A DNA stretch of 56,806 bases, filler included, from Platydemus manokwari (lineage: Eukaryota): assembly GCA_037951405.1 (NCBI GenBank). It is 5 parts of 5 records of this genome, joined end to end, with 100 filler letters (N's around TTAATTAATTAA, not from the genome) between each part and the next. Parts side by side here need not be neighbours in the genome. Positions count along the whole stretch, not along the records: positions 19,143 to 27,895 come from JBBMOY011355759.1; positions 27,996 to 46,568 come from JBBMOY010355557.1; 3 more parts are not named here. One strand, 5' to 3'. The translations under genes and the position numbers were made by a program. Below the pieces are notes generated by a model. That model saw nothing but the letters and a program-made list of their open reading frames with translations, searched no databases and had not been told where the DNA came from. Below are positions 27,892-41,200 of this stretch, in pieces (position 1 is the first letter of the stretch; every line of letters begins with the position of its first letter).

Positions 27892-27893
<2 letters not shown>

Positions 27894-27895
27894 TA

Positions 27896-27995
27896 NNNNN
27901 NNNNNNNNNNNNNNNNNNNNNNNNNNNNNNNNNNNNNNNTTAATTAATTAANNNNNNNNNNNNNNNNNNNNNNNNNNNNNNNNNNNNNNNNNNNN
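27896..27995. other. Artificial contig spacer (44 N + TTAATTAATTAA + 44 N)
   Basis: Same 100-bp structure. Confidence 0.97.
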
Positions 27996-29449
27996 AATTA
28001 ATAATGATAAGGTACAGAGTAACGAGAATAATTTAAGTTCTAAACAAAATCAATAAATATTAAGAAATCATATGATTTGAAGTACCAGATAGAAAATGGC
28101 TATATAAAGGCAGTTATCTGCTATAAACGAAATCAATATTAATTACAAATAAACACATCATCTACTTGACACGGCTGTAGTTTCCCTCACGACGACTTTT
28201 AAAATAAGTTTGTTTTTATTCCTGTGGACGATAAAAGTTGAAATAGCCGTTGAACTAAAGTAATTGCTGAACAGATGACAATAATAAATCTTGTAAAAAT
28301 CCTCTTGATGAATCTTGTTTCTGTGACCTCAAACACTTAATAATAAGCCAAAAGGATTTGAATAAATATTATTGTACTCAATGCACTACAATAAAGTGCT
28401 ACAGTCATGTCGTATTTACACTCTCTTCAAGGTAACATTACCTATCGTTTTTAAATCCACTGTTTAAATATATCATTTTTACATTGATTATTTTGAGACT
28501 AATCTTATAAATAAGTTGTGTGTCGTACTTCAACAGGAAATAAAAACTCTCGACCGCTTATTATTATCTACTATCATTTAAAGAACTCGTGACGTTGTAT
28601 TAATTTAGCTCCAAAAAAGCATTTGTAAGTACAATAATAATCGATATCAGTAAACAAACAACATTTTCAAGATAAGATCAATACATTAAATAAGCATATC
28701 TGTATTATTAAGGATTATAATCTAGATCTTAAAAAATCCTCATGAGAATTATTCGAACATTACCTTTGAAACTAGCGATGAAATAATTCAAATACGATAG
28801 GCAGGAATAATAACACTTCCATGGATTTTATGTGATTCACCTTATTGGATTTTTAATGATTTTAAAATAGAGATCGATTTTGAATCAAAATTTAATCTAA
28901 GATTGATCTTTACTTCATTTCGGATGAACATTGTTGTGTTTATTCTATTCGCTGAATTTTTAATAGTGACATACCTAAGTGCTAGAAATTAATTTATCGA
29001 TAAATCAATTTATAGAGAGGTACTATTAGTTGTTAAAAGCTTTGTAAAATCATAGCAAATTTTTTGTTTGTCTTGACGAATACGAATGTAGAGCAATTTA
29101 TACATTCATTAAATGCCATCAAATTGAGGGATCGATTATGTAACTGATTTGTGGAGTCCGGCTTTTCCTTTGTGACAAACCTAGTAGCAAAATTGAATTC
29201 TACAGATTATTCATGACAATGTAAGCCAGGTCTTTAGTAAAAATTATTTATATTTGTCTTTTTGTTTGTAAAATAAGTTCAATTCCTGATCGATTACCAA
29301 TTATATGATGCATTTTAACCTATCTTGATTATTTTATTGATTTAATTTTAGGATCATATTATTTTCGATAAGTTGATTTGTGAATAAAACGATCTGATTT
29401 TTGGTCAGTATTTTTTAATGATATGTTAGTCAATGATGCTGATTGATAC

Positions 29450-29850
29450 ACATGGGATATAAACATCGACACGTTGGCATCTTGTATATATTCCATGTAG
29501 TGTGGATAGTATTGGAAACACACAGAAGGCATGTGTGTTAAAAAATTATTAAAGAGCAGAAATAACTTTTTAAATCGCCATTCGATAAGACGAAATAATT
29601 AAGGTAAGCATTATGTTTTTACTTAGAGTGGTCCACTTTGCACCAAGTGTAGGTGGATAAGCTGTATAGTATCACCAGAAGCATTTTTGGTTGAGTTAGT
29701 AAATCGCTAACTGGTATTGTATTGAGACCGTATTTGATGAGGGAGTAGTTTGTGATATCAGCCAGAAGTAGCCACTGCCTGATATTTTCAAAATAACTGC
29801 TGAATGGTGCCCTCGTTAAAAAAAATAGTCATTTAAATCAGGATTGTGCA
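29450..29850 (-). mobile_element. Possible Gypsy integrase relic
   Basis: Raised GC; minus-strand fragments GHH..., KISGSGYFWL, GPL and HGI in broken frames, in the order expected for an integrase. Confidence 0.3.
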
Positions 29851-32799
29851 TTATATGCCGAACTCTTTGTGAAATGCGTCATTAAACATAACTTCATAAT
29901 CAGAATTATCGATTAATAGATTCAGGGCCTATTTACATAATGTAATCTACAAAACATCTGAAAATTGAAAAAATCAGTGGCTAGTCCCAATATTCGGTGC
30001 TACAGTTTTCAATGGATTGCAGATGAATTTCTTGTCCAATCAGGGTATAACAGTAAAAAGCGAAATAAATCAAATTTATTAAGTCGACATGAAGGATTTG
30101 TTATTAATTATTCCGAAGATATGCGCTGAATTTCATCTAAATACTTCTTCACCCCTAAAAAGAGCTTTTAAATCTATGAAGTCTAATATTATTCGTTGGG
30201 ATAACTAATAAACAATTTATCTAATGGTACATTAAGGGTTGCCATATTTGCGTTTAAAGAAAAACGATTTCAAGTTCTTTATTAAATTCCCAGAACAGCA
30301 ATTCAAAAATATGAGATAATTAAAACAATTTCAAAAAAATAATCAATTCCCGTCATATTGCTCTCTGTTTTGTGTTATTGATTAACCGAATATATTTAAT
30401 TGGCCATCTCTGGAGTACCGTTAGTCTAAAAAGATAAAACAGATATTATTATTTATATTTTTACGAAATTTCTAAACTTTTAACAAAGTTTTGCAAATCT
30501 CTAAGTGGGGTTTTTGTTCAAAACCAGCCTTCGATTTTTAATCGAGGTTTTCAGTCAGACAAAGCCAGTAATCCGACAAAAAGAAACAAAAATACCCAAA
30601 TTTAGAAATCCAATTTCTTTGTATAAACAATGTCAATCCCGTGTTCTCAGACAACCAGAACAAAGATAATCCTGAAAAAAATCAATAGAAACTCAATAAA
30701 GACAAATGAGACAAAGCACTTTGAGGTATAAAAGCTAAATGAACACTAACGGCTTTTACACAGAAAGTAAAAATACGAAAATATTGCAAGTAAAATATCG
30801 ATTGAATTACACGCCAAGTTGCCTCATTATTGCACATTATTATACCATCAGTATAATTGCCAGACACGTACAAGTTTGTACAAAAGTTATTTAGAATCAT
30901 GGGATCCACAGAATGATGGAGTCTTGAGACGAATAGGGTTAGATAGTAAGAGTTCAATTAAATTGGCTTAATTTTCTTTATTGTTTCTACTTCTATTATA
31001 GAATAGTATAGATTATATAGATCTCACATAGCGTTGGAGGCCAAGCCGCTAATAAACAAACCCGTCAATATGTTTAACAGACAGTAACACACAAAATGAC
31101 GGTTTGTACTCACGTAAAAGGGATACCAGTACAGCATTCCTATTTGTGTTGTTTATAGGGTGTATTTGAGAGACAGTATAGTTTTCTACATCTTTTTATA
31201 ATGTTTTATGTGAGATCATGGTAGAGTCCATTTGTCGTGGTTTCGAAGTTCACCTAGTCATGGAGAAAACCATGTGTTAAAAATCATCTATAGACTGTAG
31301 AATTAATCATAATTTTACATTTAACTTTCAGATCAGAGAAAATTCGCCAGAAGATGGATTTTGTTTTTGTTTATTATTATTTCCCATTCTTATAGATTGT
31401 GGCACAAATTTTCGATGAATTACGTGCTGACTGCGAAACTGTGATTCAGGATTTTGAAGTGTGTTCACAGCGAACTAATGAGTTCCAGTGTTACTCGGAT
31501 TTGACGTAAACAAGATGAATTCTGCAACGAAAAATGATTTCCCAATGACTACTAATTAAGAAGGAGAAATATCTTTGTTTTGTAATAAATATTTATAACT
31601 TCATAAAAAACGTAAGAACTACTATTCCGGCAAGCACAAAAATATTAGAAAATTATAATCAATAAATTGTCCACACCATCGAGATAAACACAATCTATTA
31701 TCGTCAAAGATCTCTATCAAAGAGAACAGGATTAATCGTCTGATTAAGATTGTGATTGTTGGATATCGCCACTGTGCAAGAATTAAAATATCTACAGAAT
31801 CTCAATTTGTGATACGCCACATAAGGAGAAGGTTATCTATAACTTTAAATCAAATGTATCTAATCATTTCGATATGATAAAATCTCTACAAATTCTCCTG
31901 GATTGAAGGTAGCTGACAGTTGAACATTAATCGACAACAGTGCAAGTTTTTGTCTTAGTACCTGTATTTGCCATTTAAAATCTTTGTAACAAGAATATCG
32001 ATCTGATAGCAAAATAAAATTTGTGAATTAAGTTTGTTGATTTGATTCATTTATTGATTTCTTATGGTTATGTTATCTGGGATTAATTAATTAATAATCA
32101 GAAATTTGAGCGATTGATTCATTATATCAGCTAGTAACAGATGTTTCATTTATCCAGAAACCTTGTCGTTTCATCGAATTTACTTCTATTATATCGTATT
32201 TACGAATTCGTGAATTTGATACATTTGTACCAGCAGGTCTCTATAAATAACGCACTTGTTTTATATGGGATTTAGCAGAACAGCAAAATGTTGTGTTATA
32301 ATCGTCAATTCTCTACTCTCCCCTTTCAAACTGCGATGACATCAGAAACAAATATTCCACTTAAGTTGAAATTGAACATCAGAGATTTACATTCTTGTAA
32401 AATCTTACAGTTGTCAAGTCTTCGGTTTCGATTTGAAGAGTAACTTCACATTTTATTGATTACTATATTTGTTAATCCAATGAACTATTTTTAGTAAATA
32501 AATATAAAATCGATATTGAGAAAGAATAATGCCATATGAGTTAACGATTTATTTGAAGAATTTTTCAAAGATAAATTAAAAATATTTTCAGGAATTTAAA
32601 ATTGTAAAATATAATTCTCTTTCAATAATTGAAGTCGTATAGAACAATATTCTCCTTTCTCTTAATATTAAAAAAATTATCGATTATCATGAAATGATTT
32701 TAAGTTAGGATAAAATTGTAACTCAATTTCGAAATATTTAAAAATCCTTGAAAAATTCGGAGATAGAAAATATTTTCTGTCTTTTTCAAAATCAACAAA

Positions 32800-33510
32800 A
32801 CTACTTCTCAATTTCTTTTACTAGTCTGAGTGGAATTTCTGCCCTACATTTGGAAATTATAATACACAAACCTATTGACTGCTAAGAGTCAGATTTTTTG
32901 TGAGTAAAACGCTTCAAATATCTACTTCAAACTATTATTATTAATTTAGACTTACAGTGTTCATTATGCTCTGGAACGTCACTAGTGCGTTCTTAAGCCT
33001 GAATGATATTTTCATATACTCATATAGCCATTCTCCTAGACAGAACGCTGTTTTGTACATGCCTTCTTCAGGGGAAACTTGGTGGTATTTTTATTGAAAT
33101 CTGATGTTGTTAAATATTGTTGAAAAACAGAAAACCATTCGTATTCCACTACCTTAATTTGTTACTAACACCGTACACATTTTCTGGCAACGCATTAGGT
33201 TGTAGAATTCAAAAAATCATCACTTATTTCTCTTGTGTTTCGGCTAGTTCCTGCAGCTTATAAGGCATTGTTTTTTGTTTCAACTTGTCATAAAGTTCTC
33301 ATAATATTGATGCTTCCCAAGTCGAATTTCTGTTTTGCAACTTTATCCTCTTAATTTTTGATCAACTTACTTCTAGTTTCCTGGATTTTTTCTCTCCGTA
33401 ACTCTATTCCTCCATCAAACCATATTTTTGGAAACACTCTTAAATTTACATATCGTCGCTTCCATTTCGATATTTTTCTTCCATTGACCATAAGTTATCC
33501 ATGTCTTTAG
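32800..33510 (-). mobile_element. Ty3/Gypsy LTR-retrotransposon reverse transcriptase relic
   Basis: 33069-32953 translates EEGMYKTAFCLGEWLYEYMKISFRLKNALVTFQSIMNTV (cf. KTAF..GLYEF..MPFGLKNAPATFQR.MN), preceded by YHQV. Flanking frames are broken and boundaries approximate. Confidence 0.8.
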
Positions 33511-34115
33511 TATTTGATCGGGACCTTATTACTTATTTTTATTATTATTGAAATTTATCTTGGGAATACTGTTATCTTAATAAGTTTCAATGAGCTTTCA
33601 GTCAAGGCCAAAGGTACAACAGTACTTTATTTTTTTAATTTCTTTACCTTGTACAACGATACCACATGAAGATAATTCGTGTGGCATCAATGATCCGATG
33701 TATTTTATTGTCAGACTCAATACAATTAAACTTGAGAACATCTATGATCTCGATGCAATTTATTGCTATTAAATTCTCGATCAATAAACAACACCGAGAT
33801 TTATTGATTAATACAATGATTACAGCAAATATTTAAAAAGATGATAAGGATTGAAACCTATGTTAACTTGGGAGGCTGGGTAAATTGAATATCGATTAAT
33901 GAACAAAGTCGCGCAAATGTCTTCTTAACCAATGGTTTCCAAATAATAACTGGGATAAAGATTTTACTGATTTTATCGCCTATTTATTTTTTGTGTTACA
34001 TAAGTGGACAACCCTTTATTGTGCCTCATTGTCTATTTTATTCAAAAAGTTATTTTAATCCTCAGGGATACGGTATTATTATTTTGTTACATAGGTTTTC
34101 TATTATAATTTCTGA

Positions 34116-34116
<1 letters not shown>

Positions 34117-34167
<51 letters not shown>

Positions 34168-34193
34168 CTTAAATTATTATTATTATTATTATT
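34117..34193. repeat. (ATT)n microsatellite, interrupted
   Basis: Read directly; it produces the spurious poly-Leu ORF 33991-34242. Confidence 0.95.
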
Positions 34194-34489
34194 CTACAAT
34201 TATTATGTTAATTTTTTGCTATATTTATTAAATAAAACATAATTGTTTATAAAACTGCTGTATATACTTGTTAATCGATACATTTTTCACATATAAAATT
34301 GTCACGTGATTTTTAATAGCCTAGAGATTGATAAAATAACCAACAAATATTGATACATTGGTACGCTTATAAAATGGCGCACTTATACATTTTGACAAGA
34401 AAAGTTAATACTTTTGTATACCAATAAACATTTAAATATCATCCACAGTAAAAAGAACAGAAAAACTAATATTTATTTATAAACATTAC

Positions 34490-35842
34490 TTATAGAGATA
34501 AGCTAGGCCAACTAGCCAAATGACTTACTCTGTCTATCACAGATGCTTCTATTCTTCTACTTGCTGGATTTTCCTCAACAGTATTCAAGGATTCAGCCTC
34601 AGAATTACTGTCAACCGAAGTCATCTTCATCGGAATGTTTCTCAAGGTATTTGTAGTTTTCTTAAAGATCGTCGAAGTCGTCTTCCACGTCGTAATAAAA
34701 ATCGGCATTTCTCAGGATTCAATTGAATATCTGTACAGTAGCATTTTTGTTCCTGTTTCATTTGTTCGGCTTGATTTATTAGATCGTCAGCTCCTTGAAT
34801 CTTTTTTAGACTTTCAAGATTAGATGACGAAGACTGTTGTTAGATTTTGCTATGAATATTGCGAGGTTCCGATTTTTGTTCAGTTATCGCTATTGAATTT
34901 CCGTTAGATGAGACTCCGACGTTAGTAGATTCTATGAGCCAATCTTAGCCCAACTTTTTGCTTTAATTTGTGAAATGTTCGTTGGCTTTTCGCTCTATGG
35001 ACTCCTGGTTATACCCCGTTTTAGGAGTGTTTTATTATTCTGTTCTTTTGGATATTTCGATCAAGAATTTTGTTGTGATTGTGCCTCTGCAACCCTTTTG
35101 GCAGTTTCATCTACATTCTTCTGAAAAGGCATCGTTTAATTTTGAGTAGTATTGTCTTTCTTAAATTGTTTTGCTGAGTTTCCTTTTCGATATCATCTCA
35201 TTGGAACAACTTAGGCATTGTTGCATTAACACTAATCTCCAGCGAATTTATATCAACTATTGTGTTCGGATAATTTTCTTTGATTACTAGGATGTTAGAG
35301 TTTGTCGAATTTGTCTCCGTGTTTTGTTTATTTGACTGGAAATCGAGGACCAATCAACTGCACTACTGTAGATGCACTCACGCCTTGTGTGCCTTCCATG
35401 CCGAGTAATATACTAATATTTGTTATCATAATCAGGTTTCTATTGTAACAATTCCGACTATGCCTGATACCTTCACCACATAATGGCAGAGCTAAATATC
35501 ACAGATATGCTAGGTAGATTTCCTTATCTAATTCCTTGTATCCATTATAAGAAGTTCTTTGAATCAAAGTCGTAGTCATCGTCGTCTCTCTCGTCTGTGT
35601 ACTGATTGTCAAGTGAAAGTTATTGTGAGTCCATGTTTCATTTATTCGAATTCATGCATTGCCGAGTGAGAATCATTTATGGTTTCCACAGTTTTCAGCT
35701 CGGAACTATTGTTTCGCAAAGATGGTAATTTTTTATCAGGTATTATTTGAGTTTCCGATTCTTGAGTCGAGTTCTTGTCATTGAAGTTCGTAGGTTGGAA
35801 GATGATTTCATCTTTCATCGTAGATTTTGATGGTCCCTCCAA
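34490..35842 (-). pseudogene. Decayed ~1.35-kb coding-like segment (low-complexity S/T/N/E/D-rich protein of unknown identity)
   Basis: GC is above background. ATG-initiated ORF 35842-35642, further protein-like pieces in shifting frames (YTDERDDDDYDFDSK; ADFYYDVEDDFDDL) and ORF 34708-34490; many stops and frameshifts. Confidence 0.45.
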
Positions 35843-37210
35843 ACATGATCACAATTTTCCATTAACACGGAACTCAATACAAAAAGCAATTTTTACTTTG
35901 TTATTTAATCGATTATTCTTTTCTACATTGATATTGTTTTTTAATATTATACATCATAAATAAAAATACACAAATCATATTATTAATTTTTGTCAATTGA
36001 TAATCAATTTAAAATTAAGCGAATTGATAATTTATGGTTAATTAAATTGATGGGTCAAAATACTTACAAAATAACAATAATCATAAATAAAGCATTTTTA
36101 GTTAGTTATGTTTTTACTTATTGGAAAATTTTTCCATATTATAATACAATAAGGTTAGACCCTGAATTATTTATATAAATTTTCAGTTCCGCAACCACTA
36201 TCTTTTTTGGCTCGGGTCTAAACTCCTGCATAGCATATACATTCAAATAAATTGTGGATAAGCTCTAATTTTAATCAATTAGTTCGTTATCGACATTATA
36301 ACCCACATATCTTCATCAAAAACAATACTAAAAAATTGATTATAAAATTATGTTTATAATTTATAAAATACAAAATAATTAAATATGCACTAACTATATC
36401 AATTTGTCGCCCTTGTAGTTCATGAAGTTGCAAACAAAAATAAATGCAAACTTTATTAACAGTTGTTTCTTTAATTTAAATTCCTAATATGAATGGCTAA
36501 AAATTCAATATTTCATTAGGAGAACCAAATGAACCTTAGTTCTCTTGGAATCGAGATTAAACAAGAAGACCAAAGTTGTAATTGAAAAATTAAAAAAGAG
36601 AAAATTAATAGAAATCGATTATCAGACACTCTATCGATAAATAAATAAACCGATAACTAAAATCTTAGGTTATATCAATAAGACCACCATATTATCAAAA
36701 GCGCATCAAATTAAATAACGTGGTTTAATACACATCGTTGTGTTCTACTATATATCAGTTAGGTGACCCTTATAATTTTAAATGAGGTATTTCACATTTA
36801 GCACTTCGCGCACCGAATAATGCTCCACCAGCTTTAATAAATCATTTTCGAAATATTGCAAGTAATCCAAGTTTAGTTTCATTTTGTTTTAAAATTCAAA
36901 GTATTTTTATAAAGATATCCGGAAATTGACATTCACGATAACAAAATATTCTGAAATAACTTTCAATATTTATTCTCGCCGGCATTTGGATCGTACATCA
37001 AAATAGTTTTAACAAAAGAAATTACGATCATTAATTCAAATCAACAGAGGCTTAATTTAGAAACACAAATATTAATATTAAATTTGAATTTCTATAACTT
37101 GGAAAGACAATTTCTGAATCCAAATAAACTCTTAAATGTACGTTTTAAATTAAATATTAATTTTATAGTTCTCCTTTTGAACATCTATAATTTACAGACA
37201 ATGAGAAGAT

Positions 37211-37468
37211 TCAAAAATATAACTTTGGAAAAACCTTTTCCAATCTTGTCTCATAAAAATTACTTATAAATTTTAGGGCTAAAAATGAACCACCATTGTT
37301 GAACATAATCGTACATAAATTCAATAATGATTGCTCATATTTCCACTGACAACTGAAAGATAATAATACGTAGGCAATATAAATTCGAAAACCCAACGAA
37401 GTCTTCCTAGAATCAGTAATGTTTCCATATTTAAACAAACCCGTACAGGAGCACAGACTTATATACAT
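37211..37468 (-). mobile_element. Possible P-element/THAP9-like transposase relic
   Basis: ORF contains RKTSLGFRIYI and LKFISNFYETRLEKVF, loosely resembling RKTGFxGF...LTYKFSQDHLELFF. Confidence 0.25.
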
Positions 37469-38198
37469 GTAAAATTCAGGAAATAAAAATCAAATCTTAA
37501 AAAGTTTCGCTTAAATCAATAGAAAGGTAAAGTTTTAAAAATACAAATTTATTGGAAAAGCATGTTTGGAGAATTTTCCATGAAAATTCCTTTTATTACA
37601 TGACTTTTAATGATTATTTAAATCGATAATTAACAAACTATATTAAGAATTTATTGAAAATAATAACTTCTTCAATGTAGGTAGTTTGTAGTAAACTTGA
37701 ATGACCTGGTTGTGCTTATTTCCGACTTATAACAGAAAGTCGCGACGCAATATTTTGGAAATATTAAAAAAAAGTTTAAAACGAAATATTATTTCAGAAA
37801 AATCAAAAAAACAAGCTAATCAAAGTAGTTATAATAAAATACAATTAAAATTAAATTTTGAAACTGGTTGTGTAAATTAAGTTTTAAAACAAATTTTAAA
37901 GTTAATTAGAAACTTTACTTATTTAATTTTTATTTATCTAATTTTAATTAGATTTAAAGAATTTTTCGTATTTGAAATTATAAATATTACGAGATTCTTT
38001 CAAGAATAAATTTAATACATTTATTTCAGTTTATTGAAAAAGTTTAAAAATTTTAATAATGTTATATCAATGAAAGGGATTATTTTATGTGATTGTTAAA
38101 ATATGATAACTGATGATACTAATAGTAATTTAATTAAAAAAATATAAATTTTGATCACAGCTCAACTGGTCATTTGAAAATTAATCCGATTTAATGCT

Positions 38199-38222
38199 AT
38201 ATATATATATATATATATATAT
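38199..38222. repeat. (TA)n microsatellite
   Basis: About 12 units, read directly. Confidence 0.9.
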
Positions 38223-38283
38223 TTGGCTATATATAAAATTGGCTATAAAAATCAATGTCTTGAAGATCTGAGTAACAGACAAT

Positions 38284-38293
38284 NNNNNNNNNN
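38284..38293. other. 10-N scaffold gap
   Basis: Read directly. Confidence 0.97.
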
Positions 38294-41200
38294 AATAACA
38301 TTCTAAGAATTGTTTAAAGTCTTAGTGCTCCATTATTTACAGTAATTTGGAGTAATTTAAGATCTTTCTTTACTTTTTTTATCTCCTTGGGTATGAAATG
38401 AATGTAATCAATATTCTTTATTTTGAAATGTGCGAAAAATTACACTTTTAGGATTTTATATCCAATAATGCATTTTCGAATGAATATTGGTTACCAATAA
38501 AACTTTGTAAAGAATTGATAAATAAAATAAAACACCAGTTAATTTTATCTCCTCAAAATGACCATTATAAATGATATTTAGGTTTTTAGTCTAATACGTA
38601 TATAATAAATAAATCTCACTCCAGCCTAAGATGCAAAACACTTCACTATAAAGCATAATTGATCATTACAATACTATTGACAATTCGGAATAATATATTC
38701 CATTTATACTTTATAATGATGGCTTAAAGCTATGTGTGCTATGTCAAGATTAGTATATTCATAATCCTTAATATAAAAAGATTTGTTAAGTGGTTCAGGT
38801 ACCATCAATTCAGCATTTTACATAATTCTCAAAGTTCAGCAAACAACTTCAATGTGGGTTCCTAGTCAACCGATAATGTTTTAACAATTTTTAAAATAAA
38901 CATTATAAAGTGGAGATTTGTAAACTGGAGGGCCCCAAAAAATTGGGATGTAATTTTTATAACTCAACATGGGGAGTATTTTTCAAAAAATCAAACCAAG
39001 GTCTCCATGTGGATCCACTTAATCAAAATGTAAAAGCATTCGTCAAGACTGTAGATATTGTAAAGAAATTTACAAAAAAATAACATTTTTATCTCTTCGG
39101 CAAAGTAATAGTTGAACCAAACAGAAATATGTTTCTTAAATACCTTTATGGTTCTCGAAAATACTCTTCACACTTTTCTTAAGATCTTGGATTCATGAAG
39201 TACCCAGTGATTTGGAATTAATTTATTCACGAACTCAATGATGAATTTGAATCGTATATTTTTGTGAAACAGGAAGAGCTGCGACAAAATTTCAAATAAT
39301 GAGCCTTCTTAGTCGTGGAAAAAGAATTGCGTGGGGCTTTTTCTCTAATTTAAATAAGAATACGAATAGAAGTAGTTCAATTCTATCAATTATGTTCACA
39401 TCACTTTTTATATTAATATGATTTTTACCAAAGATAACGGGTCGATATTATTTTATGAAATAAGAAGGTAATAAGTTAAAATTAATGGAGTATCAGTGTT
39501 GTAAAGACAGCCATAAAACGATTCTGAAATGAAGAAACAAATTGCGATCGATATTTAAATTGATAGTCCTATGTTGAAATTCTAAATCAAGAGATGAACT
39601 AGAATTAAAAATAATTTAAAACTCGAGCGGGCAGATGTCGTTATAGAATGTTCACATTTTTCATGTTTCCATTATTATAGGATACATCATTAGTAATTTC
39701 GGTGTTCTTAAACTGGGAATTATACAGAAATGCCCTGTTTATTTGGTGTTTCAATCATGAGACGAAACTGATCCACAACTTCCATTGATGAGTCGAGTTA
39801 AATTTTGTGCGAGAAAAAAACAAATACAAAAGTTTAGAAAACAAGTTCAGTATGTGATTGGAGTTTTCTCCCGGTACTTGAAATTGTTATTTTGTTGATT
39901 GGTTGACAAATAATTGTATTAACTTTTTAAAACAAAACACATAATCCATAACAATCATGATTATCGATTTAATATTACATAACACCCACCTTACTTATAA
40001 CATTTCAATCACGTTCCACCAAGTCAAACAAGAAAATCGAACAAAACCATTTCGTGCCCATTAGCTACATAAACACTCCATAAAAACACAGCTTTGGCGA
40101 TGATTATATAACACTAAACGATTGTTTAAGTAGAAAGTCGTGCCGATTACATAATTCATCACCTCTATTTATTGAGCAGTAAAGTGTACAAATAAATCTC
40201 GAAAAGTTTGATTCACATTTAGGTGAAGGCAAATATATATTCCGTGACCAATTAGCTTTAGCTTTAAAAAAATAATCTCATTGGTTAATGAATGCCATAC
40301 AACAATTGACTTTCTTCTCTGACTCTGACGACATCATATCTTTTCATTGTTTCCCCATTGGAGAATAAAATCAACACATCGCAATATTGATTTACATTTG
40401 AAGAACATACACAGAGAAATCGAAACATAACTTGTGACATTTTCAAGTTTCGTCTAAACAATCTTGTAACTATTCTCAAGTTTCTTTTAATATTGCGCAA
40501 TATTTTTGTAATTTTACACTATTTATTATAATAAGTAGTTAATCGTTGTTGTTTAATACTTGTTGCTAAGGCTCTAAATTGAGATTAGAGTAAATATTTT
40601 TTACAGCTATTTCCGCAGAGGTTGTATTTTGCAATACGTTGGCTAATTATTTGAAAGAGTTTGTATAGAAATTTAAATTTGAAAATCAAGGAATATCTTC
40701 ATCAAGGTTTTATAGAGTTCAGAAAATATGATGAATTTTCGAATCGATTTGCGAGTTAATCCCTGAAAAAACACTAAAGGGATTACGAATAAACACAACA
40801 TTGGCATCCATAAAACAATGTTGTCACAATTAAAGATTAATTTGACAACTGAGTGGCGCTTTAATATCGATAATCAATGAATTACTGGCCCAATAAAATC
40901 AAATAATAAGAATCAATTAGGAACGATTATTTGACACCACCAATACAGCTTTATTCGATTATATGAAAGCTTGTATCATGACTGTTTTATTCAATGTTTT
41001 TGATTTATTTACCAGATCTTCTACGACTAAACTATCAATGCAATCCTCACACATAATTTATTGATATATTTATTGATTGGATTAGTTTACCACATCAATA
41101 ATAAATTAATCAATAAATTCGATAAAATAACAAAACAAATATTCGATAAATAATGAATAAATTGTTGGAAATTCATATCGATTGAAACAATTAGTAACTT

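Noticed and set aside
33991-34242. ORF with poly-Leu, resembling a membrane protein
   Set aside because: It is the translation of an (ATT)n microsatellite.
38155-38195. SSTGHLKINP as the missing LRRC6 exon (cf. TTGHL)
   Set aside because: It ends in a stop without a donor, lacks the preceding conserved residues, and lies two spacers away.
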